64,000 nt of DNA from positions 46,774 to 110,773 of the forward strand of contig DASXDJ010000134.1 in NCBI GenBank assembly GCA_036490755.1, read 5' to 3'. Of the stretch, positions 11,150 to 18,840 are shown in pieces; position 1 is the first letter of the stretch; each line of letters starts with the position of its first letter. Under the pieces are notes generated by a model that was not told the DNA's origin, did not search any database, and worked only from the letters and a program-made list of their open reading frames with translations. This DNA is from Streptosporangiaceae bacterium (GTDB lineage: Bacteria > Actinomycetota > Actinomycetes > Streptosporangiales > Streptosporangiaceae). The position numbers were made by a program, and so were the translations under genes.

Positions 11150-12343
11150 TCAGCCCAGCATCCGCGCGGCCACCGCCGCCTGCCGGGCGGCGATCCGCTG
11201 CGCGTACTGGCGGGGCGTGATCCGGGCCTGCCGGTAATACGGCAGCACGGCGGGCAGCCGGACGGCCGGCACGACCTCGACCTGCGGCCCGTCCGCCGGC
11301 CCCAGCGGCCGGGCCAGCCGCTGCCAGCGGATCTGCACGTAACCGCGGCCGTGCCCGGTGCACTCCAGCCAGTTGGCCACGCCAGGGTCGCGATCGCTGA
11401 TCACGAAGCGCAGCCGGCCGTCCGGGTCAGCGCGAGCCTGGTCGGCGGTCAGGCTGGTCTGGTGCCCGGCGTAGTCCAGCGAGACGTACCACATGCTGCC
11501 CAGCTGGATGCCCTGGTACGGGGCCACGGCGGGGCCGGCGGCCGGCACCGTCACGATCATCGCCTGGCCCGGTGCGAGATCGAAATGCCCGGCTGAGGAG
11601 AACTGGGTGGCCAGCCCGCCCGGCGTGGGCCGCGGCTCGGTCATCGTGTTCGCCGGCAGGCTCAGGTAGAACCACTGCGGGAAGGCCAGGAAGGTGCGCA
11701 GCCGCGACAGCAGGAGCTTGCCCGCCACCCGGTAGCGCTTCTGCATGGTGTCCAGGTCCGGGGGCGGCGCCGCCTGGCCCGCCCGGTCAGCGCGGTGAAT
11801 GGCGATGACGCCGCGCTGCTCGGCCTCCCAGTCGCTGTAGACCTCGCGGACTACCAGCATCGCGGCGCCCGGGCCGAGGGTGACGTAACCGGGCCCGCCG
11901 GCCCGGGGCCCGCCGCCCGGCCGCGGCGGGCCGAACCGGACCTCGAAGCGGCCGTCCGGGCTGATGTCCAGGTCCCGGTCATCGAACGCGGTCAGGCTGC
12001 CCGGCACGGCGACGGGGGAGTAGTCGCCGTCCAGCACCTGGAAGCTCAGGTCGGTGGTGGAGCCGCGCCGCCCGGTGACCACGTACTCGGCGTCATCGCG
12101 CAGGCAGGCGTGGAAGTAGAGGGTGTCGGGGTTGTCCAGGCCGAGCTTGGTGTAGGGCCCGGTGGACTGGACGAAGTACGGGAAGTCCCGCTGGTAGGCG
12201 CGGGCCAGGTGCAGCGAGGCCTGGATGCTGCCCGCCAGGTACTCATAGCCCTCGGCCAGGTCGCGCTCCGACCGGACGTGCGGGGCGCCGGCGATGATCT
12301 TCTCGGCCTCGGTCACCGCGTCGGCGAACGACTGGGTGATCAC
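11150..12343 (-). CDS. DUF1214-domain protein
   Basis: LAEGYEYLAGSIQASL...LGLDNPDTLYFHACL...WYVSLDY layout is typical of DUF1214 proteins. Confidence 0.65.
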   Translation of the reverse strand: MITQSFADAVTEAEKIIAGAPHVRSERDLAEGYEYLAGSIQASLHLARAYQRDFPYFVQSTGPYTKLGLDNPDTLYFHACLRDDAEYVVTGRRGSTTDLSFQVLDGDYSPVAVPGSLTAFDDRDLDISPDGRFEVRFGPPRPGGGPRAGGPGYVTLGPGAAMLVVREVYSDWEAEQRGVIAIHRADRAGQAAPPPDLDTMQKRYRVAGKLLLSRLRTFLAFPQWFYLSLPANTMTEPRPTPGGLATQFSSAGHFDLAPGQAMIVTVPAAGPAVAPYQGIQLGSMWYVSLDYAGHQTSLTADQARADPDGRLRFVISDRDPGVANWLECTGHGRGYVQIRWQRLARPLGPADGPQVEVVPAVRLPAVLPYYRQARITPRQYAQRIAARQAAVAARMLG

Positions 12344-12352
12344 GCCTAAGAC

Positions 12353-12366
12353 TAGAACGAGTTCTA
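12353..12366. promoter_or_regulatory. KstR operator box
   Basis: TAGAACGAGTTCTA matches the KstR consensus TnnAACnnGTTnnA perfectly. It is an AT-rich island in the 31-bp gap upstream of the DUF1214 gene. Confidence 0.6.
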
Positions 12367-12374
12367 ATATGGAG

Positions 12375-12935
12375 TCAACGAGCGGCGCCGTCCGCGGCGG
12401 GCCCGGCGGGCGGGCCGGGCGGCGCTGCCCACCGGTTAGCGGTCAGCCGGAAACTGGGCAGGTCGGCTAGGGACATCATCGCCTCATAGACCCGGACGTA
12501 GCCCGTGTGCGCGATCTGCCACCGGCCGCCGGCGCCGCGCGCGTACCGGTCCTCGTAGAACGCCGACCCGGTGATCACCACGTTGTGCTCGGTCGCGATC
12601 ACGGTGTCCTCGAACCGCCACGTCCCGGTCGCGGTGTCGCCGTCGATGTCGATCTCCGGCTGGCCGGCGGCGTGCACGGTGATGATCCCCGGGCCGAGGC
12701 GGCCGCGCAGGAACTCCACGATCGCGGCCCGGCCCGCTAGCCGGATCGGGGTGCCGAGCGCGGGCGTGCCGTAGTCAGCGGTGGCGCCGGCGGTGAATAC
12801 CCCGGCTAGCTCGTCCCACAGCTTGAGGTCCACGCAGCGCAGGTAGCGGTATTTCACCCGGCGGATCTCCTCGAGGGCGACCAGGCCGGTGCCAGCGGCG
12901 CCGGCGTGCTCGTGGTCAGCGTGCTCAGCGTCCAT
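12375..12935 (-). CDS. NTF2/SnoaL-like (nuclear transport factor 2 family) protein
   Basis: IRRVKYRYLRCVDLKLWDEL...F.DRY.R..G.W.I pattern of SnoaL_4-type NTF2 proteins. Confidence 0.7.
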   Translation of the reverse strand: MDAEHADHEHAGAAGTGLVALEEIRRVKYRYLRCVDLKLWDELAGVFTAGATADYGTPALGTPIRLAGRAAIVEFLRGRLGPGIITVHAAGQPEIDIDGDTATGTWRFEDTVIATEHNVVITGSAFYEDRYARGAGGRWQIAHTGYVRVYEAMMSLADLPSFRLTANRWAAPPGPPAGPAADGAAR

Positions 12936-12968
12936 GGGCTCAGCTTGGCCAGCTGATTGACGCTGAAC

Positions 12969-12982
12969 AAGAACTTGTTCTA
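12969..12982. promoter_or_regulatory. KstR operator box (divergent promoter region)
   Basis: AAGAACTTGTTCTA reads TAGAACAAGTTCTT on the other strand, with one outer-position mismatch to TnnAACnnGTTnnA. It lies between the divergent NTF2-like and LLM genes. Confidence 0.55.
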
Positions 12983-13075
12983 GATTTTCGTGCAGCGGGC
13001 CGCTCCCCGGCCCGGACCGCGAGGCCCGTGGCGCGCGACCCGGCGCGGTAGCGGATCCGGAGCGAGAGAGGTCCC

Positions 13076-13957
13076 GTGCGCTTCTCCTACGCCGAGTCCA
13101 TGACCGATCCCGCGTACTACCTGCCGCTGGCCCGCGCGGCCGAGGCGGCGGGCTTCGACTCCATGGTCATCCCGGACAGCATCTGCTATCCGCGCGAGTC
13201 CGGCAGCCGGTACCCGTTCACCCCCGACGGCAGCCGGGAGTTCCTGGAGGACAAGCCGTTCCTGGAGCCGTTCTCGCTCATCCCGGCGCTCGGCGCGGTC
13301 ACCAGCCGGCTGAAGTTCGTCACGTTCGTGATCAAGCTTCCCGTCCGGCACCCGGTGCTGGTCGCCAAGCAGGTCACCTCCACCGCGGTGCTGACCGGTG
13401 GCCGGCTAGTGCTGGGCGTCGGGTCCAGCCCGTGGCGGGAGGACTACGAGGTGCTGGGCGTGCCCTGGGCCGGCCGCGGCCGCCGGCTGGACGAGGCGCT
13501 GGTCATCCTCCGCGGGCTGTCGGCCGGCGGCTACTTCGCGCACCATGGCGAGGCGTACGACATCCCGCCAGTGAAGATCGCGCCGGTGCCGGCCGAGCCG
13601 GTGCCGGTGCTCATCGGCGGGCACTCCGACGCGGCGCTGCGCCGGGCCGCCACGGCGGGGGACGGCTGGATGCACGGCGGGGGAGACCCGGCGGTGCTGG
13701 CGGGCCTGCTGGCCCGGCTGACGGAGTTCCGCCGGCAAGCGGGCACCGCCGGCCGGCCATTCCAGGTTCACGTGATCTCCCCGGACGCCTACTCGGCGGC
13801 GGGCGTGGCCCGGCTGGCGAGGCAGGGCGTGACCGACGTGATCGTCGGGTTCCGCTGGCCGTATCAGGCCGGCCCGGACACCGAGCCGCTCGCCGCCAAG
13901 CTCGATCACCTGCGCCAGTACGCCGGCGACATCATCGCCGCGACGCGCGCGACCTGA
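13076..13957 (+). CDS. LLM-class F420-dependent oxidoreductase
   Basis: MRFSYAESMTDPAYYLPLARAAEAAGFDSMVIPDS... and the TIM-barrel luciferase-like layout. Confidence 0.8.
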   Translation: MRFSYAESMTDPAYYLPLARAAEAAGFDSMVIPDSICYPRESGSRYPFTPDGSREFLEDKPFLEPFSLIPALGAVTSRLKFVTFVIKLPVRHPVLVAKQVTSTAVLTGGRLVLGVGSSPWREDYEVLGVPWAGRGRRLDEALVILRGLSAGGYFAHHGEAYDIPPVKIAPVPAEPVPVLIGGHSDAALRRAATAGDGWMHGGGDPAVLAGLLARLTEFRRQAGTAGRPFQVHVISPDAYSAAGVARLARQGVTDVIVGFRWPYQAGPDTEPLAAKLDHLRQYAGDIIAATRAT

Positions 13958-13969
13958 CGGCGCCGGCGG

Positions 13970-14578
13970 CTAGCGCAGCAGCAGTCGCGCGGCCAGTTCC
14001 AGGTGGTTGCTCACGTCGTTGGCCGAGGCCCGCCGGGTCACCCAGGCAACCAGGTTCGACAGCCATACATCGCCGATCACCCGCGCGATAGCCATGTCGT
14101 CGGCCGACGGCTCGCCGTCGTGCATGGCCTTGGTCAGCATCCGCTCCATCAGCCGGGCCACGGTGTTGACCTCGTTGGCCGCGCTGGGGTCGGCGAACAT
14201 GAACGCCCGGGTCATCGCCTCGGTCAGCATCGGCTCGCGCTGCATCGTCCGGGTCACCCGGCCCAGCACGTACAGCATCCGCTCATACGGCGAGTCGCCC
14301 GGGATCGGCGTGCGGTCCAGCCGGTCCTGAGCCCGCTCGAACTCGCGGGCCAGCCCCGACACCAGGAGGTGGATCTTGGACGGAAAGTACCGGTACAGCG
14401 TGCCGAGTGCCACGTCCGCCTGATCGGCGACCGTCCGCATCTGGACCGCGTCGTAGCCGCCCTTGGAGGCCAGGGCCAGCGTGGCGTCCAGGATCCGGCG
14501 GCGCCGGTCCCGCTGCGCCGCTGAGCCGAGCTCCGCGTCTGCGGGCGCGCTGATGGTACGTGTTCTCGGCGGTGTCAT
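13970..14578 (-). CDS. kstR: TetR-family repressor of steroid catabolism, KstR
   Basis: GGYDAVQMRTVADQADVALGTLYRYFPSKIHLLVS...LTEAMTRAFMFADPSAANEV...VIGDVWLSNLVAWVTRRAS is near-collinear with mycobacterial KstR as I remember it. ATG 14578 is preceded by GGGGAGGG. Confidence 0.85.
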   Translation of the reverse strand: MTPPRTRTISAPADAELGSAAQRDRRRRILDATLALASKGGYDAVQMRTVADQADVALGTLYRYFPSKIHLLVSGLAREFERAQDRLDRTPIPGDSPYERMLYVLGRVTRTMQREPMLTEAMTRAFMFADPSAANEVNTVARLMERMLTKAMHDGEPSADDMAIARVIGDVWLSNLVAWVTRRASANDVSNHLELAARLLLR

Positions 14579-14700
14579 CCGACCCTCCCCTTGCACTGGC
14601 CTGGCGTCACGCACCAGTCCCCTCCCCGGTGATCACCATAACAGCGACGGCGCCCGGCCAGCTGTTACAGCCCGGCCGCAGTCCTGTCACCGCTCTTACC

Positions 14701-14714
14701 TATAACGTGTTCTA
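14701..14714. promoter_or_regulatory. KstR operator box (kstR / igr-like divergent promoter)
   Basis: TATAACGTGTTCTA matches TnnAACnnGTTnnA. It lies between kstR and the fadE operon, 23 nt upstream of a strong RBS (GGGAAGGGAGGG). Confidence 0.65.
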
Positions 14715-14736
14715 ATTCTACGGGAAGGGAGGGCCG

Positions 14737-14949
14737 GTGCCGATCGCCACGACCGACGAGCAACTCGCGCTGCCGGCGGCGATCCGGGACTGGGCCAGGC
14801 GATCCGGCCCGCTCGCCCAGGTGCGCGAGCGTGAGCCTGACCGCGGGTCCGCCGGCCCGGAGCGGCGCGAGCTTCTGACTGATAACAGCAAGAAGCTGGC
14901 CAGCGCGGGTGAGCGCGGGCGCGGGCTGCCCCGCGAGGAGGTGCGCTGA
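14737..14949 (+). pseudogene. 70-codon remnant with an acyl-CoA-dehydrogenase-type N-terminus
   Basis: MPIATTDEQLALPAAIRDWARRSGPLAQVRE resembles an ACAD N-terminus and the rest degenerates. It ends in TGA, in frame with and directly abutting the GTG of the next gene (TGAGTG). It has its own strong RBS. Confidence 0.4.
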
Positions 14950-16212
14950 GTGGACTTCACGCCCGGCGAGACCCAGCAGGCCATCGGCCGGGTCGCGGCC
15001 AGCGTCCTCGGGCCGCCGGGCACCGCGGGCAGCCGCCCGGCCGCGACCGGCCGGCCGCCCGCGGCAGGCACGCCGGGCCGGGAGAAGCGGCGCGAGCAGG
15101 CGGCCCGGCACGAGCACGCCGGGCAGCAGGCAGAGTCAGGGGAGGGGACGCGTGATGCGCCGACTGTGCCGGGCCCGGCGGAACCCGCGGGCGGCGAGCC
15201 GGGGTTCGACGCGGTTACCTGGAAGGAGCTGGGCCAGGCCGGCCTGCTGTCGCTCGCGCTGCCGGACTGGCTGGGCGGGGACGGGCTCGGCGTGCTGGAG
15301 ACGACGGCGGTCCTGACCGAGATCGGCGCCCGGGCGGCGGCCGTGCCGGCGCTGGCCACGCTGGCCCTCGGCGTCCTGCCGGTCACCCGCTGGGGTGACC
15401 GCGCGGTGCAGGGGGCGCTGCTGGCAGGCGTGGCCGCGGGCGACTCCGTGCTGACCGCAGGAGTTCGCGAGCCCGGCGACCCCATGCCGCCGGTCCCGGC
15501 CACGGTGGTAAGCGCCGCGGGCACGGTCTCGGGGGTGAAGCTCGGCGTGCCGGATGCCGCCGCGGCGGCCTGGCTGCTGGTGCCGGCCAGCTTTGCCGCG
15601 GGCGGGACCGGCGTGGTGATCGTGGACCCGGCGGCGCACGGGGTGACCCTGACCGCCGGGCCCGGCACCGCGCGCCGGGAGTGCACGGTCGTGCTGGCGG
15701 ACGCGCCGGTCAGCTACGTGCTCGGAGCGCAGCTGCCGGACCGCGGGACCAGCGGGGCCGTGCTGGGCGGGCTGTACCAGCTCGCGCTGGCCGGGGCGTG
15801 CGCGCTGGCCGACGGCGCGCTGGCCGGGGCGCTGGCCCTGACCACGGCGCACCTGCGCACCCGTGAGCAGTTCGGCCGGCCGATCGCCACGTTCCAGGCC
15901 GCCGCCCAGCACATCGCCGATGTGTACATCGCGGCCCGGACGCTGCACCTGGCTGCGGCGGCGGCCTGCTGGCAGCTGTCGGCAGGCCGGGACGCCGGCT
16001 ACGACCTCGACGTCGCGGCGCACTGGCTGACCGAGCAGGCGCCGGCCGCGCTGCGGATGTGCCATCACCTGCACGGCGGACTCGGGATGGACGTGAGCTA
16101 CCCCTTGCACCGTTACTCCTCGCTGGTCCGGGACCTGACCCGGTTCGCCGGCGGTGCCGACTACCGGCTGGACCGGCTCGCGGTCAGCGCCTGCGGCCCG
16201 GCGGCGGGATAG
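14950..16212 (+). CDS. fadE28: Acyl-CoA dehydrogenase beta-type subunit (FadE28-like)
   Basis: VDFTPGETQQAIGRVAASVL start; GLLSLALPDWLGGDGLG...REQFGRPIATFQA...; position ahead of a FadE29-like partner. Confidence 0.75.
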   Translation: MDFTPGETQQAIGRVAASVLGPPGTAGSRPAATGRPPAAGTPGREKRREQAARHEHAGQQAESGEGTRDAPTVPGPAEPAGGEPGFDAVTWKELGQAGLLSLALPDWLGGDGLGVLETTAVLTEIGARAAAVPALATLALGVLPVTRWGDRAVQGALLAGVAAGDSVLTAGVREPGDPMPPVPATVVSAAGTVSGVKLGVPDAAAAAWLLVPASFAAGGTGVVIVDPAAHGVTLTAGPGTARRECTVVLADAPVSYVLGAQLPDRGTSGAVLGGLYQLALAGACALADGALAGALALTTAHLRTREQFGRPIATFQAAAQHIADVYIAARTLHLAAAAACWQLSAGRDAGYDLDVAAHWLTEQAPAALRMCHHLHGGLGMDVSYPLHRYSSLVRDLTRFAGGADYRLDRLAVSACGPAAG

Positions 16213-16220
16213 GCGGCGTC

Positions 16221-17384
16221 ATGTTCATCGACCTCACCGACGAGCAGCGCGCGCTGCGCGGCCAGCTGCGCGCCTACTTCGCGACGCTGATGTCCGGCGC
16301 CGAGCGCGCGGTGCTGCTGACCGAGCGGCACGGCCCGGCATACCGGGAGGTCGTCCGCCGGATGGGCCGCGACGGCTGGCTCGGGGTGGGCTGGCCGGCC
16401 GAGCACGGCGGCCGCGGGCTCGGCCAGGTCGAGCAGCAGATCTTCGCCGACGAGGCGGCGCGGGCGGACGTGCCGCTGCCTGCGGTCACGCTGCAGACCG
16501 TCGGGCCGACGCTGGCCGAGCACGGCAGTGCCTGGCAGCGCGCGTTCTTCCTGCCGAGGATCCTGGCCGGCGAGGTGCACTTCGCGATCGGCTACACCGA
16601 GCCCGAGGCCGGCACCGACCTGGCCGCGCTGCGCACCAGCGCGGTCCGCGACGGCGAGGAGTACCTGGTCAACGGCCAGAAGATCTTCACCACCGGCGCG
16701 CATGACGCCGACTACATCTGGCTGGCCTGCCGTACCGACCCGGACGCGCCCCGGCACCGCGGCATCTCGATCCTGATCGTCGACACCGCCGACCCCGGCT
16801 TCTCCTGGACCCCGATCATCACTCACGACGGCGCCCATCACGTCAACGCCACCTATTACTCCGGCGTGCGGGTCCCGGAGCGGATGCGGGTCGGCGCCGA
16901 GAACCAGGGCTGGCGGCTGATCACCACGCAGCTCAACCACGAGCGGGTCATGCTCGGCCCGGCCGGGCGGATTGCCGCCCTGCATGACCGGGTCCGTGAC
17001 TGGGCCCGGGCCCGGACTACCCCCGGCGGCGCCCCGCTGCTCAGCCAGCCCGACGTCCGCCGGGCGCTGGCCCGAGCGGCCGGCTGCCTGCGGGTCAATG
17101 AGCTGCTCAACTGGCAGGTCGCGGCCGCCCCCGCGCTCGACATCGCCGACGCCTCGGCCACGAAGGTGTTCTCCTCCGAGCAGCTGCAGTGCCTCGGCCA
17201 GGTCCTGGAGGAGGTCGTCGGACGGCACGGCGACCCCGCCGACCCGGGCACCGCGGACCTCATCCGGTGGCTGGACGTCCAGGTCCGGCGGAACACGGTG
17301 CTGACCTTCGGCGGCGGGGTGAACGAGATCCAGCGCGAGCTGATCGCCAGTGCCGGCCTGGGCCTGCCGCGGGTACCGCGATGA
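16221..17384 (+). CDS. fadE29: Acyl-CoA dehydrogenase alpha-type subunit (FadE29-like)
   Basis: MFIDLTDEQRALRGQLRAYFATLM... is very close to the FadE29 N-terminus. YTEPEAGTDLAAL, GQKIFTTGAH and GGGVNEIQRELIA motifs are present. Confidence 0.85.
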   Translation: MFIDLTDEQRALRGQLRAYFATLMSGAERAVLLTERHGPAYREVVRRMGRDGWLGVGWPAEHGGRGLGQVEQQIFADEAARADVPLPAVTLQTVGPTLAEHGSAWQRAFFLPRILAGEVHFAIGYTEPEAGTDLAALRTSAVRDGEEYLVNGQKIFTTGAHDADYIWLACRTDPDAPRHRGISILIVDTADPGFSWTPIITHDGAHHVNATYYSGVRVPERMRVGAENQGWRLITTQLNHERVMLGPAGRIAALHDRVRDWARARTTPGGAPLLSQPDVRRALARAAGCLRVNELLNWQVAAAPALDIADASATKVFSSEQLQCLGQVLEEVVGRHGDPADPGTADLIRWLDVQVRRNTVLTFGGGVNEIQRELIASAGLGLPRVPR

Positions 17385-18376
17385 GGAATGAGGTGGCCCC
17401 GGACAGCGGAGCGGCCATCCGGGCGGCAGCCGACCGGATCCGGGCCGCGGGGCCCAGCCAGCCCCGGACGGCCCGTGACCCGGTCAATCAGCCGATGATC
17501 AGTAACTGGACTGAGGCGCTGGGCGATACCTGCCCGGTCTACGCCGATGCCGCGGCCGCTGCCGCCTCGGTGCACGGCGAGCTCGTCGCCCCGCCGGCGA
17601 TGCTCCAGGTCTGGACGATGCACGGCCTGCGGCCCGCGGCGGCTGCCGGCGACGACCCGCTCCAGCTCATGTCGGCGGTGCTGGACGAAGCCGGCTTCAC
17701 CTCCGTCGTCGCCACCAACTGCGAGCAGGACTACTGCCGGTACCTGCGGCACGGCGAGCTGCTCACCGTCCGCGCCGTGCTGGAGGACGTGACCGGGCCC
17801 AAGCGCACCGGCCTGGGCGAGGGCTGGTTCGTGACCACCCGCAGCACCTGGTACTCCGGCACCGAGGCCGTCGCCTCGATGATGTTCCGGATCCTGAAGT
17901 TCCGGCCGCCGGCCGCCCCGGATCAAGCGGGGCCCGCGGCGGATTCCGCAGCGGCCAGCCCGGCTGATGCGGTGCTGCGGCCCGTCGTCTCGCGGGACAC
18001 CGAGTTCTTCTGGGCCGGGACCGCCGCCGGCGAGCTGCGGATTCAGCGCTGCGGGGCGTGCGGCGCGCTGCGTCATCCGCCCGGCCCCTTGTGCCCGGCC
18101 TGCGGCGAGCCCGTCAGCCGCGACCAGCCCGGGTACATCGTCGCTGCCGGAACCGGCGAGATCTACAGCTACGTCGTGCACCACCACCCGCCGGTCCCCG
18201 GCAGGCAGCTGCCCATCGTGATCGTGCTGGTGGAGCTGGACGAGGGCGTCCGGATGGTCGGGGAGCTGCTGGACGCCGGCCCGCAGCAGGTACGCATCGG
18301 CGCGCCGGTCCGGGTCAGCTTCGCGCGGGTCGACGACGAGCTGACCCTGCCCGCCTGGCGGGAGCAGCAGCGGTGA
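17381..18376 (+). CDS. chsH2: MaoC-like enoyl-CoA hydratase subunit with C-terminal DUF35/OB-fold zinc-ribbon domain (ChsH2-like)
   Basis: ATGA overlap with fadE29. An N-terminal hot-dog region is followed by RCGACGALRHPPGPLCPACGE (Cys4 ribbon) and an OB-fold tail. Confidence 0.75.
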   Translation: MRNEVAPDSGAAIRAAADRIRAAGPSQPRTARDPVNQPMISNWTEALGDTCPVYADAAAAAASVHGELVAPPAMLQVWTMHGLRPAAAAGDDPLQLMSAVLDEAGFTSVVATNCEQDYCRYLRHGELLTVRAVLEDVTGPKRTGLGEGWFVTTRSTWYSGTEAVASMMFRILKFRPPAAPDQAGPAADSAAASPADAVLRPVVSRDTEFFWAGTAAGELRIQRCGACGALRHPPGPLCPACGEPVSRDQPGYIVAAGTGEIYSYVVHHHPPVPGRQLPIVIVLVELDEGVRMVGELLDAGPQQVRIGAPVRVSFARVDDELTLPAWREQQR

Positions 18377-18840
18377 TCGCCGGCGGGACGGTGCTGCCCG
18401 AGCTGGTTCTCGACGTCACCCCGACGCTGGTGATCTCCGCCGCGATCGCCACCCGGGACTTCCAGGACGTGCACCACGACCGGGACAAGGCCGTCGCCCG
18501 CGGCAGCCGGGACATCTTCCTGAACATCCTCACCACCACCGGCCTCGTCCAGCGGTACGTGACCGACTGGGCCGGGCCGCAGGCCCTGGTCCGGCAGGTG
18601 GCCATCCGGCTCGGCGTGCCCTGCTACGCCGGGGACACCCTCACCTTCTCCGGCCAGGCCGAGCGAGCCGCGGACGAGCCAGGTCAGGCCGCCAGCGACG
18701 GGAGCGGGACAGACCCGGTCGCCGGCGAGTACGTCATCCGGGTCACCGGGCGGTGCCAGCTCGGCGACCACGTCACCGGGACCGTCCGGATCAGCCTGCC
18801 GCGCGACGCTACGGGCAGCTACGCCGGCGGCGCCGCATGA
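18373..18840 (+). CDS. chsH1: MaoC-like hydratase small subunit (ChsH1-like)
   Basis: GTGA overlap with chsH2. RDFQDVHHDRDKAVARGSRDIFLNILT is the MaoC dehydratase motif. Confidence 0.75.
   Translation: MIAGGTVLPELVLDVTPTLVISAAIATRDFQDVHHDRDKAVARGSRDIFLNILTTTGLVQRYVTDWAGPQALVRQVAIRLGVPCYAGDTLTFSGQAERAADEPGQAASDGSGTDPVAGEYVIRVTGRCQLGDHVTGTVRISLPRDATGSYAGGAA

Noticed and set aside
14947-14949. In-frame TGA as possible selenocysteine or read-through site (also TGA 51934-51936 and TAG 51651-51653)
   Set aside because: There is no SECIS-like hairpin immediately downstream and no Cys-homolog context. The flanking sequences behave as a separate start (14950) or as part of a multiply damaged gene. 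Recoding is not supported.
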